A stretch of 64,000 bases of DNA. Origin: Octopus vulgaris (Eukaryota). This document shows, in pieces, positions 38,597 to 50,907 of this stretch. The stretch's first letter is position 1; every line of letters begins with the position of its first letter. The notes beneath the pieces are model-generated. The model was not told where the DNA came from. It ran no database searches and saw nothing but the letters and a program-made list of their open reading frames with translations. The stretch is taken from assembly GCA_951406725.2 (NCBI GenBank), contig OX597817.1:152210001-152274000 (forward strand), given 5' to 3'. Made by a program: the position numbers and the translations under genes.

Positions 38597-38985
38597 CTGA
38601 AAGAGATTAAATAATGGATTAGAAGATCAGAATACCGAGAAGATTGTTGTTGCTAGAGCTACTGCTGCTGCTAAGATAGCTACAACCAAAATCCATGTGG
38701 TTAAGAATTTTGCTTCACAACCACATGGTTTCGGAGCATGCCATGTAAAAAGCACCAGTGATGGTGCCACATAAAAAGCACCCAGTACACTCTGCAAAGT
38801 GGTTGACATTATGAAAGGTATCTAGCGGTAGAAACCAAGCCAAAACAGACTGGAACATGATGTGGCTCCTGGTCTTGCCAGCTCCTGTCAAACCAGCCAA
38901 TTTATGCCAGCATGGAAAATGGATGTTAAATAAGGATGATGATGGTGGTGGTTTTGGTCTTGGTGCATGATCTCACAACACATAA

Positions 38986-39552
38986 TTGGGTTGTCCAGAA
39001 AGTTCGTGCCGATTTTTAAAGGAAAGAAGAAGGTCAATAAATACTTGCCTTTACCCAAGCTTTACCAGGTGCTCATGAATGACGGATTTTGATAGGTTGA
39101 GGCTTTCTGCCAATTCTCGGGTTGTGCAATGTGGGTTATTCTCAATTAATGACTTTATTTGGTCATTATCTAGTGGATGATCTGCCTGATCGCTCTTTAC
39201 CAATAAGGCTACAATCTCCAGCTCGGAACCATGTGAACCACTTCTGTACAGTTCTTTTGGATAGAGAAACATCACTGTAAACTGCACATATTTCTTTGGT
39301 TGCTTGTGAGGCATTTTTCACTTTACGGAAAAAGAAAAGTATCATGTGCCGAAAATGAACTATCTTCCAATTTAAAGGGTTACAGAATTAATACAGGTTA
39401 TAGGAACATAAACCTTCTTCCACGAAAAGATAGCTTAAATTGTGCTCTAAATGGAGGTGTAGTCAAATCATGTTTTATGGACTCAACCATGTTCTAAAAT
39501 AAGTCGAAAGGTAAGCAACTATAAATCGGCATGAACTTTCAGGACAACCCAA
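38986..39552 (-). mobile_element. mariner deletion derivative
   Basis: TIR ttgggttgtccagaaagttcgtgccgattt / aaatcggcatgaactttcaggacaacccaa; remnant IKSLIENNPHCTTRELAESLNLSKS. Confidence 0.85.
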
Positions 39553-39664
39553 TAATTCCTTAATTTCGAACTCAAAATTTTAATCTCACCTGTGTGAAAA
39601 AATTACTATCTCCCTTGTAATAGCTGTAACCACTTGGGAAACCACCCATACATAAAAGACTCAC

Positions 39665-39865
39665 CTTCCGGAAACTCTTGAAGTTACGCACTAAAACTCC
39701 TTTATAATAGGCAAATCCTTGTGGTGCATCTTTTGAATTACCCTTTTCACGAGGAGGTGGAGGCTTTGGTTGTCTATGAACAAGGTTTGTAAATGAAATA
39801 GCTGCACAAGACTTAGGTAGAGCTTCCTCTTCTTTTATTTCTTGTTTTATTTTTACTGTTGTATT
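39665..39865 (-). CDS. NBN: Nibrin exon with Mre11-binding motif
   Basis: ...EALPKSCAAISFTNLV...GVLVRNFKSFRK (NFKxFxK); atag/GTGAGT; 201 nt. Confidence 0.95.
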
Positions 39866-41535
39866 CTATAATAAAATTATAAGCAACAAAATAATAAATA
39901 AATACAATAAAATAGACAAATATAATAATATAATGAGATCGATCAATCCAAGTATTCGACTGATACTTGTAGACCCTGAAAGCTTACCTCAGCAGAGCAT
40001 ATCAAAGATGTAAACAACTGCAGTAAAACATTTATATAAGATACACTAAGACGAGGAAATTAAAGATAGCTTTGTTTAGACCAGTAGTTCTCAACTGGGG
40101 TCCACAAGATCCTGGTAGGAGGCTGTAAGATTTTGTCATTAAAATTTATGTGCAAGACACTTTATTTCACTTTGTTCCAGTTCACTCAGCTGTAGAAATG
40201 AGTTGCAATATCACTGGTGCCAAGCCTTTCCCTTAGATAACATCGGTGGCATGGAGAGGGGAAGCTGGTATGCGTGGGCCACTGCTGGTCTTCCATAAAT
40301 AACTTTGCCCAGACTTGTACCTCAGAGGGTAATCTTCTAGGTGCAATCCCATGGGCATTCATGACTGAAGTGGGTCTTTACCCATTACTTCTACAACACA
40401 CAAAATATTTCAACAATTTTTTTTTAAAAATATAATTCCTAAAATCATAAAAACATAATAGGAATTTTTTAAACATCAAACGGCTGTGAGGGCCAATCCA
40501 AGTGAAACAGGAATGAAGAGGGTCCATAGGATAAAGTGGTTGAGAATGACTGGTTTAGATTGTCATGAAAATTCCAATATTAACATAAATTACAGAAATG
40601 AATGCAAAGAGTCATTTGAAGGCAAAATGCAGAGACATTCTGATACTGTAACAATTCTGCCATATAGCCAATAAATTATTGCAATATTTTTACACCATAG
40701 ATTAACAGAAACAAAGTATATATTTCAACATGTCTCTCATGCCTTATTTCAGGAAAAATAATTTAAACTAATTACCATATCCTCCACAATGATAATTAGT
40801 TTAGTGAAGTATGGCATTGTTTATGATAACTTTAATACAAGAATCTAAACCTTCTTAATTTGAAGTTCCTCTCTTTATTCTGGCTTATAATTGTTACCAT
40901 TAACTGGGGGATTTCAGACAGTCAGGAGTTTGTTTTTCATTTTGTGTCTTGGTTTCCATTTAGTTAGATAACTTAGGAGTTAATTATAGGTTTACTTATT
41001 GAATTTATTTACTGATACTTTTATCATCATCATCATCATCATCGTTTAACGTCTGTTCTCCATGCTAGCATGGGTTGGACGGTTCGACCGGGGATCTGGG
41101 AAGCCAGAAGGCTGCACCAGGCTCCAGTCTGATCTAGCAGTGTTTCTACAGCTGGATGCTCTTCCTAACGCCAACCACTCCGTAAGTGTAGTGGGTGCTT
41201 TTTATGTGCTACCGGCACAGGTGCCAGGTGAGGCTGGCAACAGCCACGATTGGATTGGTGCTTTTTACGTGCTACTGGCACGGAAGCCAGTCAAGGTGGA
41301 GCTGGCATCGGCCACGTTCGGATGGTGCTTTTTACGTGCCACCGGCACGGAAGCCAGTTTAGGCGGCGCTGGCATCGGCCACGTTCGGATGGTGCTTTTT
41401 ATGTGCCACCAGCAATAGTGTAAATGTGTTTCTTTGTTGTAGTTTAATTAATAAAGTTAGTGTTTAATCCTTCCTAGAATTAAGATTGAATGAATGAAAT
41501 CTAAGGTATGTTTGTTCTCAAACAACACTTATTTT

Positions 41536-41595
41536 AGTGCTGATGACACCACCAGATTGAATGGTACTGCCCTGGTGTCGAAACTATAGTGATAC
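41536..41595 (+). ncRNA. Degenerate minimal hammerhead ribozyme motif (Penelope/retrozyme type)
   Basis: CTGATGA, stem II caccag/ctggtg, GAAA, palindromic ACTATAGT; cleavage position is G, so non-canonical. Confidence 0.5.
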
Positions 41596-41748
41596 CCATG
41601 GAGCAGCTGATGATGGAGGTATGTTGGATTGTTAGTAAAGGAGTTATTGTATGTGCGGAATAGTATTATAACACATCCATCTAATATAAATATATATAAC
41701 AATGCATGGAACTGGCTATGTTCAAACAGTAAATAAAAATAAACTTAC

Positions 41749-41823
41749 CACAGTAGTGAATTTTGCATTTAGGAAACCAGGTTTGATGTAAACATCTGTG
41801 AATTTTGTTGAATTTTCAGTTAC
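41749..41823 (-). CDS. NBN: Nibrin exon
   Basis: VTENSTKFTDVYIKPGFLNAKFTTV; ttcag/GTAAGT; 75 nt, phase 0/0. Confidence 0.78.
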
Positions 41824-41936
41824 CTGAAAGCGAAAAAAATGACTTTTCTAATATAGAGCCAGGGTCTGTAACATAAGTTAATAAAAGCTCTTGCACACAA
41901 TTATGATGGAAGGATTTAATTTAGATGAGACATTAA

Positions 41937-42158
41937 CCCTTTTGTTACTGTATTTATTTTGAGATGCTCTGTGTTTCTTTCAATTACTTTAAATATAACA
42001 AAGAATTTAGTAAAATAACTTAGTTATCATTCAGTTAGTTTTAGAAACATAAATTGTGACTAAAGTTTGGTGGGAGATTTTAGTTTAAAACTTTTGAAAA
42101 AAAAGACATTTGTACTCAGAGCCAGAGCCGGTTTAAACCGGGCTGGTAACGAAAGGGT
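41937..42158. mobile_element. piggyBac-type MITE, second family
   Basis: TTAA|cccttttgttac...gtaacgaaaggg|TTAA; inverted copy at about 9013-9232. Confidence 0.82.
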
Positions 42159-42254
42159 TAAAATGAGTTTGAATCATAGAATCAGAAATAGTTTTAAGTG
42201 ATTTAGGATTAAAAGGCCAAAGAGATTTCAGATCTCCTAAAAAATATTATTTAC

Positions 42255-42732
42255 CTTTCCTTGTTTCTCTTTCAATTGTGAATCTTCTGAAAGCAAGTCT
42301 AAAGTGGAAGGTTTTGAGTGTTTTTTATGTTCATAAGAAGAATCAACTTCTTCTTTTTTAATAGAAACAGGCGTCAGTATTTCGGTACCTGGTGCTGCTT
42401 CTGTGCTTTCAGAATCTATAACAGTACTGCTTAAATTAGATTGTTTCAATTTGTCATTGGTGGTTTCTGGTACATTCACTGAATTCTGATCTTCATTTTC
42501 AGATTCTGGATCAGAATCTTCAATCACTAAAATAGGCTGAGGTTTAATGAATGGAGCCTGAGACAAAGTCTCTGGTGCAAGTATTTGTACAGAAGGTTCT
42601 CTGTTGATAGAACTACCAGGATTCGTCTTATCTGAAACAGATTCTGAAAATAATCGTGTCTTTTTGTTTGAGGGTTCATTATCATCCACTTTAGCTGAAA
42701 AAGGATTTTCTGATTTATCTGGACTTCGATTC
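42255..42732 (-). CDS. NBN: Nibrin large central exon (disordered, NLS-like PSNKKTRL)
   Basis: Open 478-nt frame NRSPDKSENPF...QLKEKQGK; ttcag/GTAAAT; overlaps ORF 42237..42689. Confidence 0.88.
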
Positions 42733-42775
42733 CTGAAAAAAAGAGAAACACATTTGTAGAAGAAATATTCCTTAA

Positions 42776-43167
42776 TCTCTCTATATATAAAGCTGAAGTT
42801 GTCTGTGTATGGCAGGTTTGGCAGCCTTCAACTAACACTATCTCCTCTGAGACCCTGCGGCACAAGTTGACCAAAATTGAGAGTATGATAGAAGAAAGTT
42901 TGCTCTTCCTTCCATAGAAGAAAAAATTCAAATCAGACCATGTTAACACCAAAAATTATTTACATCAAAAAGGTGCTTTTTTTCTATGAAAATCCTTATT
43001 TTTTACAATTTTTTTACTGCTGTGTCGCCATTTTTCAGTGTATTTCAAGCAGAAAAATGTTCACTTAAAGAGAATAACAAGCTACATAATGCAAAATTTT
43101 TACTTTTCAAAAATTCCAATTCTAAAGGGTCGAAACAAACCCGAGCAACGCCAGGCGATACTGCTAG
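42776..43167 (+). mobile_element. Non-autonomous Helitron
   Basis: A|TC(TC)TATATATAAA start; 3' GC-rich hairpin-like ccgagcaacgccagg then CTAG|T; no TSD. Confidence 0.8.
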
Positions 43168-43640
43168 TATATTTAAAAATGAACAGCTAAATCTTGGAAG
43201 GAATGAATGGAAGAGATATGGAATTGCAAGCAATTCAGGATATAAACTGATATAACAGCTAGAGAGGATTCTTCAGTCCTGCTACAGAAAATCACTTTAG
43301 TACCTGTGCTATCTTAGTCTACACTATGAAACAGTTGGTGATAGAGAAGCTGCAGCCTTAAAAACTGCACCAACCGATCGTGGCCGTTGCTAGCCTCCCC
43401 TGACACTTGTGCCAGTGGCACATAAAAAGCAGCCACTACACTCACGGAGTGGTTGGCGTTAGGAAGGGCATCCAGCTGTAGAAACACTGCCAGATCAGAC
43501 TGGAGCCTGGTGCAGCCTCCTGGTTTCCCAGACCCCGGTCGAACCGTCCAACCCATGCTAGCATGGAAAACGGACGTTAAATGATGATGATGATGATGAG
43601 GGTTGGTATTCTCCATCATTGTGTATTCTCTGATGTTATT

Positions 43641-43753
43641 TGTGCGCGTGCGCGTGTGTGTGCGTGCATGCGTGAGTGTGTGTGTGCATGCATGAGTGTG
43701 TGTGTGTGCATGCGTGAGTGTGTGTGTGCATGTGTGAGTGTGTGTGTGCGTGT
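43641..43753. repeat. Degenerate (GT/GC)n alternating purine-pyrimidine tract
   Basis: gtgcgcgtgcgcgtgtgtgtgcgtgcatgc... for about 110 bp. Confidence 0.9.
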
Positions 43754-43784
43754 AAGAAATAAGATCTTTAATTTGCATATATTA

Positions 43785-44155
43785 TTGGGTTGAGTCAAAA
43801 GTTTTGCAATATTTTGGTAACTCATTTGCTTCATTCCTCAAGTTACAACAAAGGCAGTCAACGTAGAAGCCATTTTGTTGCACCATATGCAGCCATATTT
43901 CTGCATGTTCTTTGATCCTCCGTTGATACCAGTTCTTGTCCTTTGAAGCGAAGAACTTCTTCACAGAAGCCGCAATCTCCTCTTGGTTAAGGAAGCAACA
44001 CGTATGCAGGAAGTGAGCCCTCAAAAAACTGGTAGGAAGGTGGCTTCCAACAGTGCAACATGATGGTTTCTACTTAGGATGCTAGTCCGCTTTTGTTGTA
44101 ACTTGGACAAATAAAGTAAATGAGTTAGTAAAATATTGCAAAACTTTTGACTCAA
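43785..44155 (-). mobile_element. mariner deletion derivative
   Basis: TIR ttgagtcaaaagttttgcaatatttt at both ends; transposase C-terminus FFASKDKNWYQRRI...W--MVQQNGFY. Confidence 0.8.
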
Positions 44156-44191
44156 TAAAGAAATAGCTGAAAGTAGAAAAAAGGTATTTAC

Positions 44192-44289
44192 CGTTTATTA
44201 GAGAAAATTTTACTTTCAGGTGCATCACTGCTGGGAAATGATGATTCTGTTGTTTTGATATTTGTAGAAGGATTTGGCATTTTTACAGG
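44192..44289 (-). CDS. NBN: Nibrin exon, disordered linker
   Basis: PVKMPNPSTNIKTTESSFPSSDAPESKIFSNK; ttccag/GTAAAT; 98 nt; phase-compatible. Confidence 0.78.
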
Positions 44290-47200
44290 CTGGAAACATA
44301 GACAGAAAAAAAAAAGAGAAAAATCTTTTAAAATATCTGTGTGTGGAACATTTGCCAATGATTAGGCTTTGTTGCAAAGCATTTCATTTAGAAGTAACAA
44401 TAAATATATCATTACGGAGATGTACTTGCATAGCAAGTGACCTGATCTGAGATCGTGTGCTGGAATGGAAACAATTGCAGCATGGAAGGTGTTTATAAGC
44501 CATTTAAAAAACACACAAAACTGTTAGATTCACTTCAACATTTAAATTTAATTTGTCAAAATACTTTCATTGCTTTGAGATCGTGACCTTGGGCTGTGGC
44601 CATGCTGGGGCACTGCTTTGAAGGGGTTTGGTCAAAAACACAAACATTCATGTTTTAAAGTCTGGCACTTATTCTATTGGTCTCTTTTTTCCAAATTGCT
44701 ATCTTATGGAGATATAAATAAACCAACACCAGTTGTCAACACACACACACACATATACACAATAGGCTTCCATACAGTTTCCGTCCAACAAATTCACTCA
44801 CAAAACATTAGTTGCACCAGGGCTGTAGTAGAAGATACTTGCCTAAGGTGTTGCACAGTTGAAATCATGTGGGACTGAAGTTGAAATCATGTGGTAGCTA
44901 AATGAGCTTTTAAACAACCCAGCCATGTCTGCACCTTTGCAAACATAATATGGTTAATTGCTGTGCTAAAACGAAGTCCTTTGCAAAGGAGTGGCTGTGT
45001 GGTAAGTAGCTGGCTTACCAACCACATGGTTCTGGGTTCAGTCCCACTTCGTGGCACCTTGGGCAAGTGTCTTCTACTATAGCCTCAGGCCAACCAAAGC
45101 CTTGTGAGTGGATTTGGTAGACGGAAACTGAAAGAAGCCCGTCGTATATGTGTGTATGTGTGTGTTTGTGTGTCTGTATTTGTTCCCGCCAACATCGCTT
45201 GACAACTGAAAGAAGTTATGTCCCCATAACTTAGTGGCTTGGCAAAAGAGAACCGATAGATTAAGTACTAGGCTTACAAAGAATAAGTCCTGGGGTCGAT
45301 TTGCTCGACTAAAGGTGGTGCTCCAGCATGGCCACAGTCAAATGACTGAAACAAGTAAAAGAGTAGGTCTATAGTAAGACAACTAATTTTGTCCCTCTTG
45401 TATACTCTATCTTATCACCTGGAAACCAGCCACTATCTTCTGTTCCACTCCCTCTCTCAACTAAGAAGTCTTCATCTTGCACGTTACTTGGCAACCCTGT
45501 TGGTGCTGGTGCCATGTAAAAAGCACTGGTGATGGTGTCACACGAATAGCACCTAGTATACTTTGTAAAGGAGTTGGCAGAGGAACAGCATCCAGTTGTA
45601 GAGAGCACACTAAAACAGAAAACTGGGGCCTGGTGCAGCCCTCTGGCTTACCAGCTCCTGTCAAAACATCCAACCTGTACCAGTATGGAAAAGACATTAA
45701 ACGATGATGATGATGGTTTGTGGGAATTCCTGGTTCAAAGAAATAGAAGGAGGTTATTGTTATTAATATTCTTGATAATTAATCTCATCTTTAGCAACAA
45801 CAGTAATAACAATGAAGCATTTCAAGTATTTAGAAATAAGCAATCAGTTGTAATAATATTTCAAGAGGAGTGGCTGTGTGGTAAGTAGCTTGCTTACCAA
45901 CCACATGGTTCCGGGTTCAGTCCCACTGCGTGGCACCTTGAGAGTGGATTTGGTAGACAGAAACTGAAAGAAGCCAGTCGTATATATGTATGTATATATG
46001 TATGTACGTGTGTGTATATGTTTGTGTCTGTGTTTGTCCCCCAACATCACTTGACAACCAATGCTGGTGTGTTTACGTCCCCGTAACTTAGCGGTTCGGC
46101 AAAAGAGACTGATATAATAAGTACTAGGCTTACAAAGACTAAGTCCTGGAGTCGATTTTCTTGGCTAAAGGCGGTGCTCCAGCATGGCCGCAGTCAAATG
46201 ACTGAAACAAGTAAAAGAGTAAAAGAGAGTAAAGAGAGTTATTTTGAATAGGCAACCATAAAATGATTCTTGTGTAAATCATTGCAGATTAAATATTACA
46301 AAACTACCCTATCCTAAGCCTACCAGTATGTCTATCTCCCTGGAGGAAGTTGGGCATATAATGGGGATGAATGCATAGGGTGGTGATAAAGAGGAAATAG
46401 TAAGAAACAAAAATAGTAGAACAGTAACTCATAATGGAGTGCAACTTCATAATGTACCATGTTTATATTAATTGTTTTAAGCACTTACACAGTCACAAGT
46501 AAACAAAGACAGCCTCTCAGCCTTCTCAATATTGACTGATGGAACAGCCGGGATGTGACATCTTATTTATTTATCACCCACAAGGGGCTAAGCATAGAGG
46601 GGACAAACAAGGACAAAGAGATTAAGTCAATTACATCGACCCCAGTGTGCAACTGGTACTTCATTTATCGACCCCAAAAGGATGAAAGGCAAAGTCGACC
46701 TCGGTGGAATTTGAACTCAGAACATAACAGCAGACGAAATACCTATTTCTTTACTACCCACAAGGGGCTACACACAGAGGGGACAAACAAGGACAGACAA
46801 ACGGATTAAGTCAATTACATCAACCCCAGTGCACAACTGATACTTTATTTATCAACCCACAAAAGGATGAAAGGCAAAGTTGACCTTGGCGGAATTTGAA
46901 CTTAGAACATAATGGCAGAAAAATACCACTAAGCATTTCGCCTGGCGTGCTAACGTTTCTGCCAGTTCACCGCCTTATGTGACATCTAAGGGAGAGAGGA
47001 GAGCACATCTAAGGGATGTGACATCTAAAGGAGAGAGGACAGAACATCCAAGGGAGAGAGGAAAGTACCAATGTTAAGCTGGGAGTCATTTTTAGCTGAG
47101 AGAAGAAGGTAAAATAAAGTGCTATGTACTCATGCAGGCACAGACATATATGCAATGGGTTTCTTTCAATTTCCATCTGCCTAATTCATTCACAAGGCTT

Positions 47201-48158
47201 TGGTTGGCCCAGTACTATAATAGAAGACAGTTGTCTAAGGTGCCACACAGTGGGACTGAACCTGAAACCAAGTGGCTGAGAAGTGAATTTCTTAATCATA
47301 GTCATGCCTTTATAATAATGGTTTCAAATTTTTGCACAAGGCCAGCAGTTCCAATGCTCAACTGGGGTTGATGTAATCAACTTGACCCCAAAAAGGATGA
47401 AAGGCAAAGTTGGCCTCAATGGAATTTGAACTCAAAACATAAAGATGAATGAAATATTGCTAAGCATTTTTCCCAGCAAGCTAACAATTCTGCTAGTTCA
47501 CACCCTGTAAATATTCCTTTCTGCTCTAGGCACAAGGCCCAAAATTTTTGGGGCGGGGGTCAGTCAATTAGATCAACCCCAGTATGCAACCGGTACTTAA
47601 TTTATCGACCCCGAAAGGATGAAAAGCAAAATCGACCTCAGCGGAATTTGAACTCAGACCATAAAGACAGACAAAATTCCGCTAAGCATTTCACCCAGCA
47701 TGCTAATGTTTCTGCCAGCTCGCCACCTTACATCATCATCATCACCACCATCATCATCATTTAACATCCGTTTTCCTTGCTAGCATGGGTTGGACGGTTC
47801 AACCGGGGTCTGGGAAGCCAGGAGGCTGCACCAAGCTTCAGTCTGATCTGGCAGTGTTTCTACAGCTGGATGCCCTTCCTATGCCAACCACTCTGTGAGT
47901 ATTGTGGGTGCTTTATACGTGCCACCGGCACAGGTGCCAGGGTAAGCTGGCAACGGCCACGATCAGTTGTTGCCTTTTCCCAGTAAATATTAAAACCTAT
48001 TTCTCTCAAAATATTAGGTTAATAGCCTGAATAATTACAATTCTGTTGACAATAATTTATCAACAATTTAACGTATTTATAAATAAAGCTAACATCATAA
48101 AGCATTAAAACAACTAATGGTAATTATGAGAATAGAAATGAGGAAATATTCCACTTAC

Positions 48159-48189
48159 TTCTCTGGGTATATGTGATTGGTTAACAAAC
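48159..48189 (-). CDS. NBN: Nibrin 31-nt small exon (predicted)
   Basis: aatag|G TTT GTT AAC CAA TCA CAT ATA CCC AGA GAA|GTAAGT; converts phase 2 to phase 0 as required between the flanking exons. Confidence 0.7.
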
Positions 48190-48739
48190 CTATTTAGAAT
48201 AAAAGAATATTTAAATTTTAAATTTAAATGTTTTGGAATATCCATGATATTTTAAAATGTCAGACATATCAATGAAATACTTAAAGCTTCAATTTGGTCA
48301 ATAATTTATGACAGAAGTGTACTAATAATGGTTTCAAATTTTGGCACAAGGCGAGCATGTTCAGGGGAGGGTGGAGGTCAATTATATCAACCCCAACACT
48401 TAGCTGGCACTTATTTTATCGCCCCTGAGGGGATGAAAGGCAAAGTCGACTTCAGCGGAATATGAACTCATAACATAAGGACGGACGAAATGTCGATGTG
48501 TTAACGATTGTGCCAGCTCGCCACTGTTTTCTTATCTAGACCAGACAGGACCCCAGAACAATGGGATTCTGGGATCACGATATGTGTCAGAGATGTTGAA
48601 AGATTCTACTATTGAATTTCATTGATTTTCATCAATATTTGAGAAATTAAGAATAATCTGTATGCAACTATCATCATATTTCTCTTCAAAATAGATATTT
48701 TTGAACAGGTTATTAGGAAAAGAAATATTTTTTTAAATA

Positions 48740-49309
48740 CGAGGGTGAGTCAAAAAGTAATGCCATTTTGTTAGGACGGGTATAATTACCAGCACAGGAA
48801 CATGTATCATACATCAAAATGAAGCTGGTCCACTGTGGATCACATCCCTACTTCTCCACATAGTCACCATTTCTCTCAATAGCAATGTTTCACCTTTGAA
48901 AGAGAGCATGTACCACTGCCCCGTAAAATTCTGTTGACTGTTCTTCGAGCCACTTCTTCACAACAGTTTTCGCTTCCTTGTCACTGGAATAATGTTTGCC
49001 TCTCAAACCCTCTTTCACGGGGCCGAAGAGATGATAGTCTGAAGGCACTAAATTATTCCAATGACGAGGAAGTGAAAACTGTAATGAAGAAGTGGCTCAA
49101 AGAACAGTCAACAGAATTTTACGGGGCAGGGATACATGCTCTCATTCGAAGGTGGAACATTGACTATGTTGAGAGAGATGGTGACTGTGTTGAGAAGTAG
49201 GGATGTGATCCACAGAGGACCAGCTTCATTTTGATGTATGATACATATTCCTGTGCTGGTAATTATACCTATCCTAAACAAAATGGCATTACTTTTTGAC
49301 TCACCCTCG
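48740..49309. mobile_element. Palindromic mariner derivative made of two 3' ends
   Basis: TA|cgagggtgagtcaaaaagtaatgcc...|TA; about 250-bp inverted arms including coding remnant DEEVKTVMKKWLKEQSTEFY-AGI-AL--RW. Confidence 0.85.
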
Positions 49310-50250
49310 TAATTAAATATCCAGTTATAATAATTTTTGAAGTTGAAACTTTTAGTTGAGTAACTGCGTTAAGTAAATATGTTTTCAAAGTACAAAAATA
49401 TCATAAAGTAACAAGAGAACTTGCAAATCCTGTATAAGTAATTAAACATTTAACTGGCACTCCGTCAGTTACAACGACGAGGTTTCCATTTGATCCAATC
49501 AATGAAACAGTCTGCTCATGAACTTAATGTGCAAGTGGCTAAGCACTCTACAGACATGTGTACCCTTGATGTAGTTCTCAGGGAGACTCAGCATGACACA
49601 CAATGTGACAAGACTGGCCCTTTGAATTTTTGCCACCTGAGTGAACTGGAGCAACATGAGATAAAGTGTCTTGCTTAAGGACACATCATGCCGTCAGGTA
49701 TCAAACTCATGACTTTATGATCCTGAGCCAAATATGCTGACCACTTAGCCATACATTTTCATTATAATTGTAAAATGCTGCTCTTTTACTCTTTTACTTG
49801 TTTCAGTCATTTGACTGCGGCCATGCTGGAGCACTGCCTTTAATCGAACAAATCAACACCAGCACTTATTCTTTGTAAGCCTAGTACTTATTCTATTGGT
49901 CTCTTTTTCCGAACTGCTAAGTTATGGGGACACAAACACACCACCATCAGTTGTCAAGTGATGTTGGGGGGACAAACACAGACACGCAAACATACACATA
50001 CACACATATATATATACATATATATGAGAGGCTTCTTTTAGTTTCAGTCTACCAAATCTACTCACAAAGCTTTGGTTGGCTCAAGGCTATAGTAGAAGAC
50101 ACTTGCCCAAGGTGCTACGCAGTGAGACTGAACATAGAATCATGTGGTTGGTAAGCAAGCTACTTACCACACAGCCACTCCTACACCTAGAAAAAGAATG
50201 TAAAATAATTATAGAAAAGGTGTGCCAGACGCTGCAAAATTCATACTTAC

Positions 50251-50335
50251 ATTGAAGAATCTTGGATATGTGTACTCAAACCTTGCTGAGATTGAAACCT
50301 CATTGTCTGACTTTGGAGTTGGCTGAATGTCTTTG
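50251..50335 (-). CDS. NBN: Nibrin exon, SQ-rich linker
   Basis: KTFSQLQSQTMRFQSQQGLSTHIQDSS, three SQ sites; ttag/GTAAGT; phase-compatible; 85 nt. Confidence 0.82.
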
Positions 50336-50907
50336 CTAAAGAGATGAAAAGTAGCTAAATTTAGTCATTAGATTAAAGAGAAATAAGAAAGAGAAATGAA
50401 TATCATTATCATCATCATCATTGTTTAACATCCGTTAATGAATGTTTGCTAGCATGGGTTGGATGGTTCGACTGGGGTCTGGGAAGCCAGGAGGCTGCAC
50501 CAGGCTCCAATCTGATCTGGCAATGTTTCTACAGCTGGATGCCCTTCAATAATAGAAACACTGAAATTTTTTCCATTATAATTCACAAGAGCTTCAAAGA
50601 AGCTTTATCCCTTTTGCTATTTAAATTTCTGTTTGAAATGCACAATTTTAGTTTTAATTAATTTTGAAAATAATGAAATATTTAGTAAAATAACATTATA
50701 AAGCTGGTGTTTGGAACATAAATTAGCATGAAATTGTGATGCAATGCTTTAATCTAGATCACTTTAAACAGGAAGTTAGCATCAGAGAACTGGGACCATT
50801 CTCAGGGGAGTTGATATCAAAAGGGTTTTTGTAAAAACAAAAAGTAATTAGATAAAGCAGTTCAATTTAACCATTAAGCCATTAGATTACAGTAAGAGAA
50901 ATGAATA

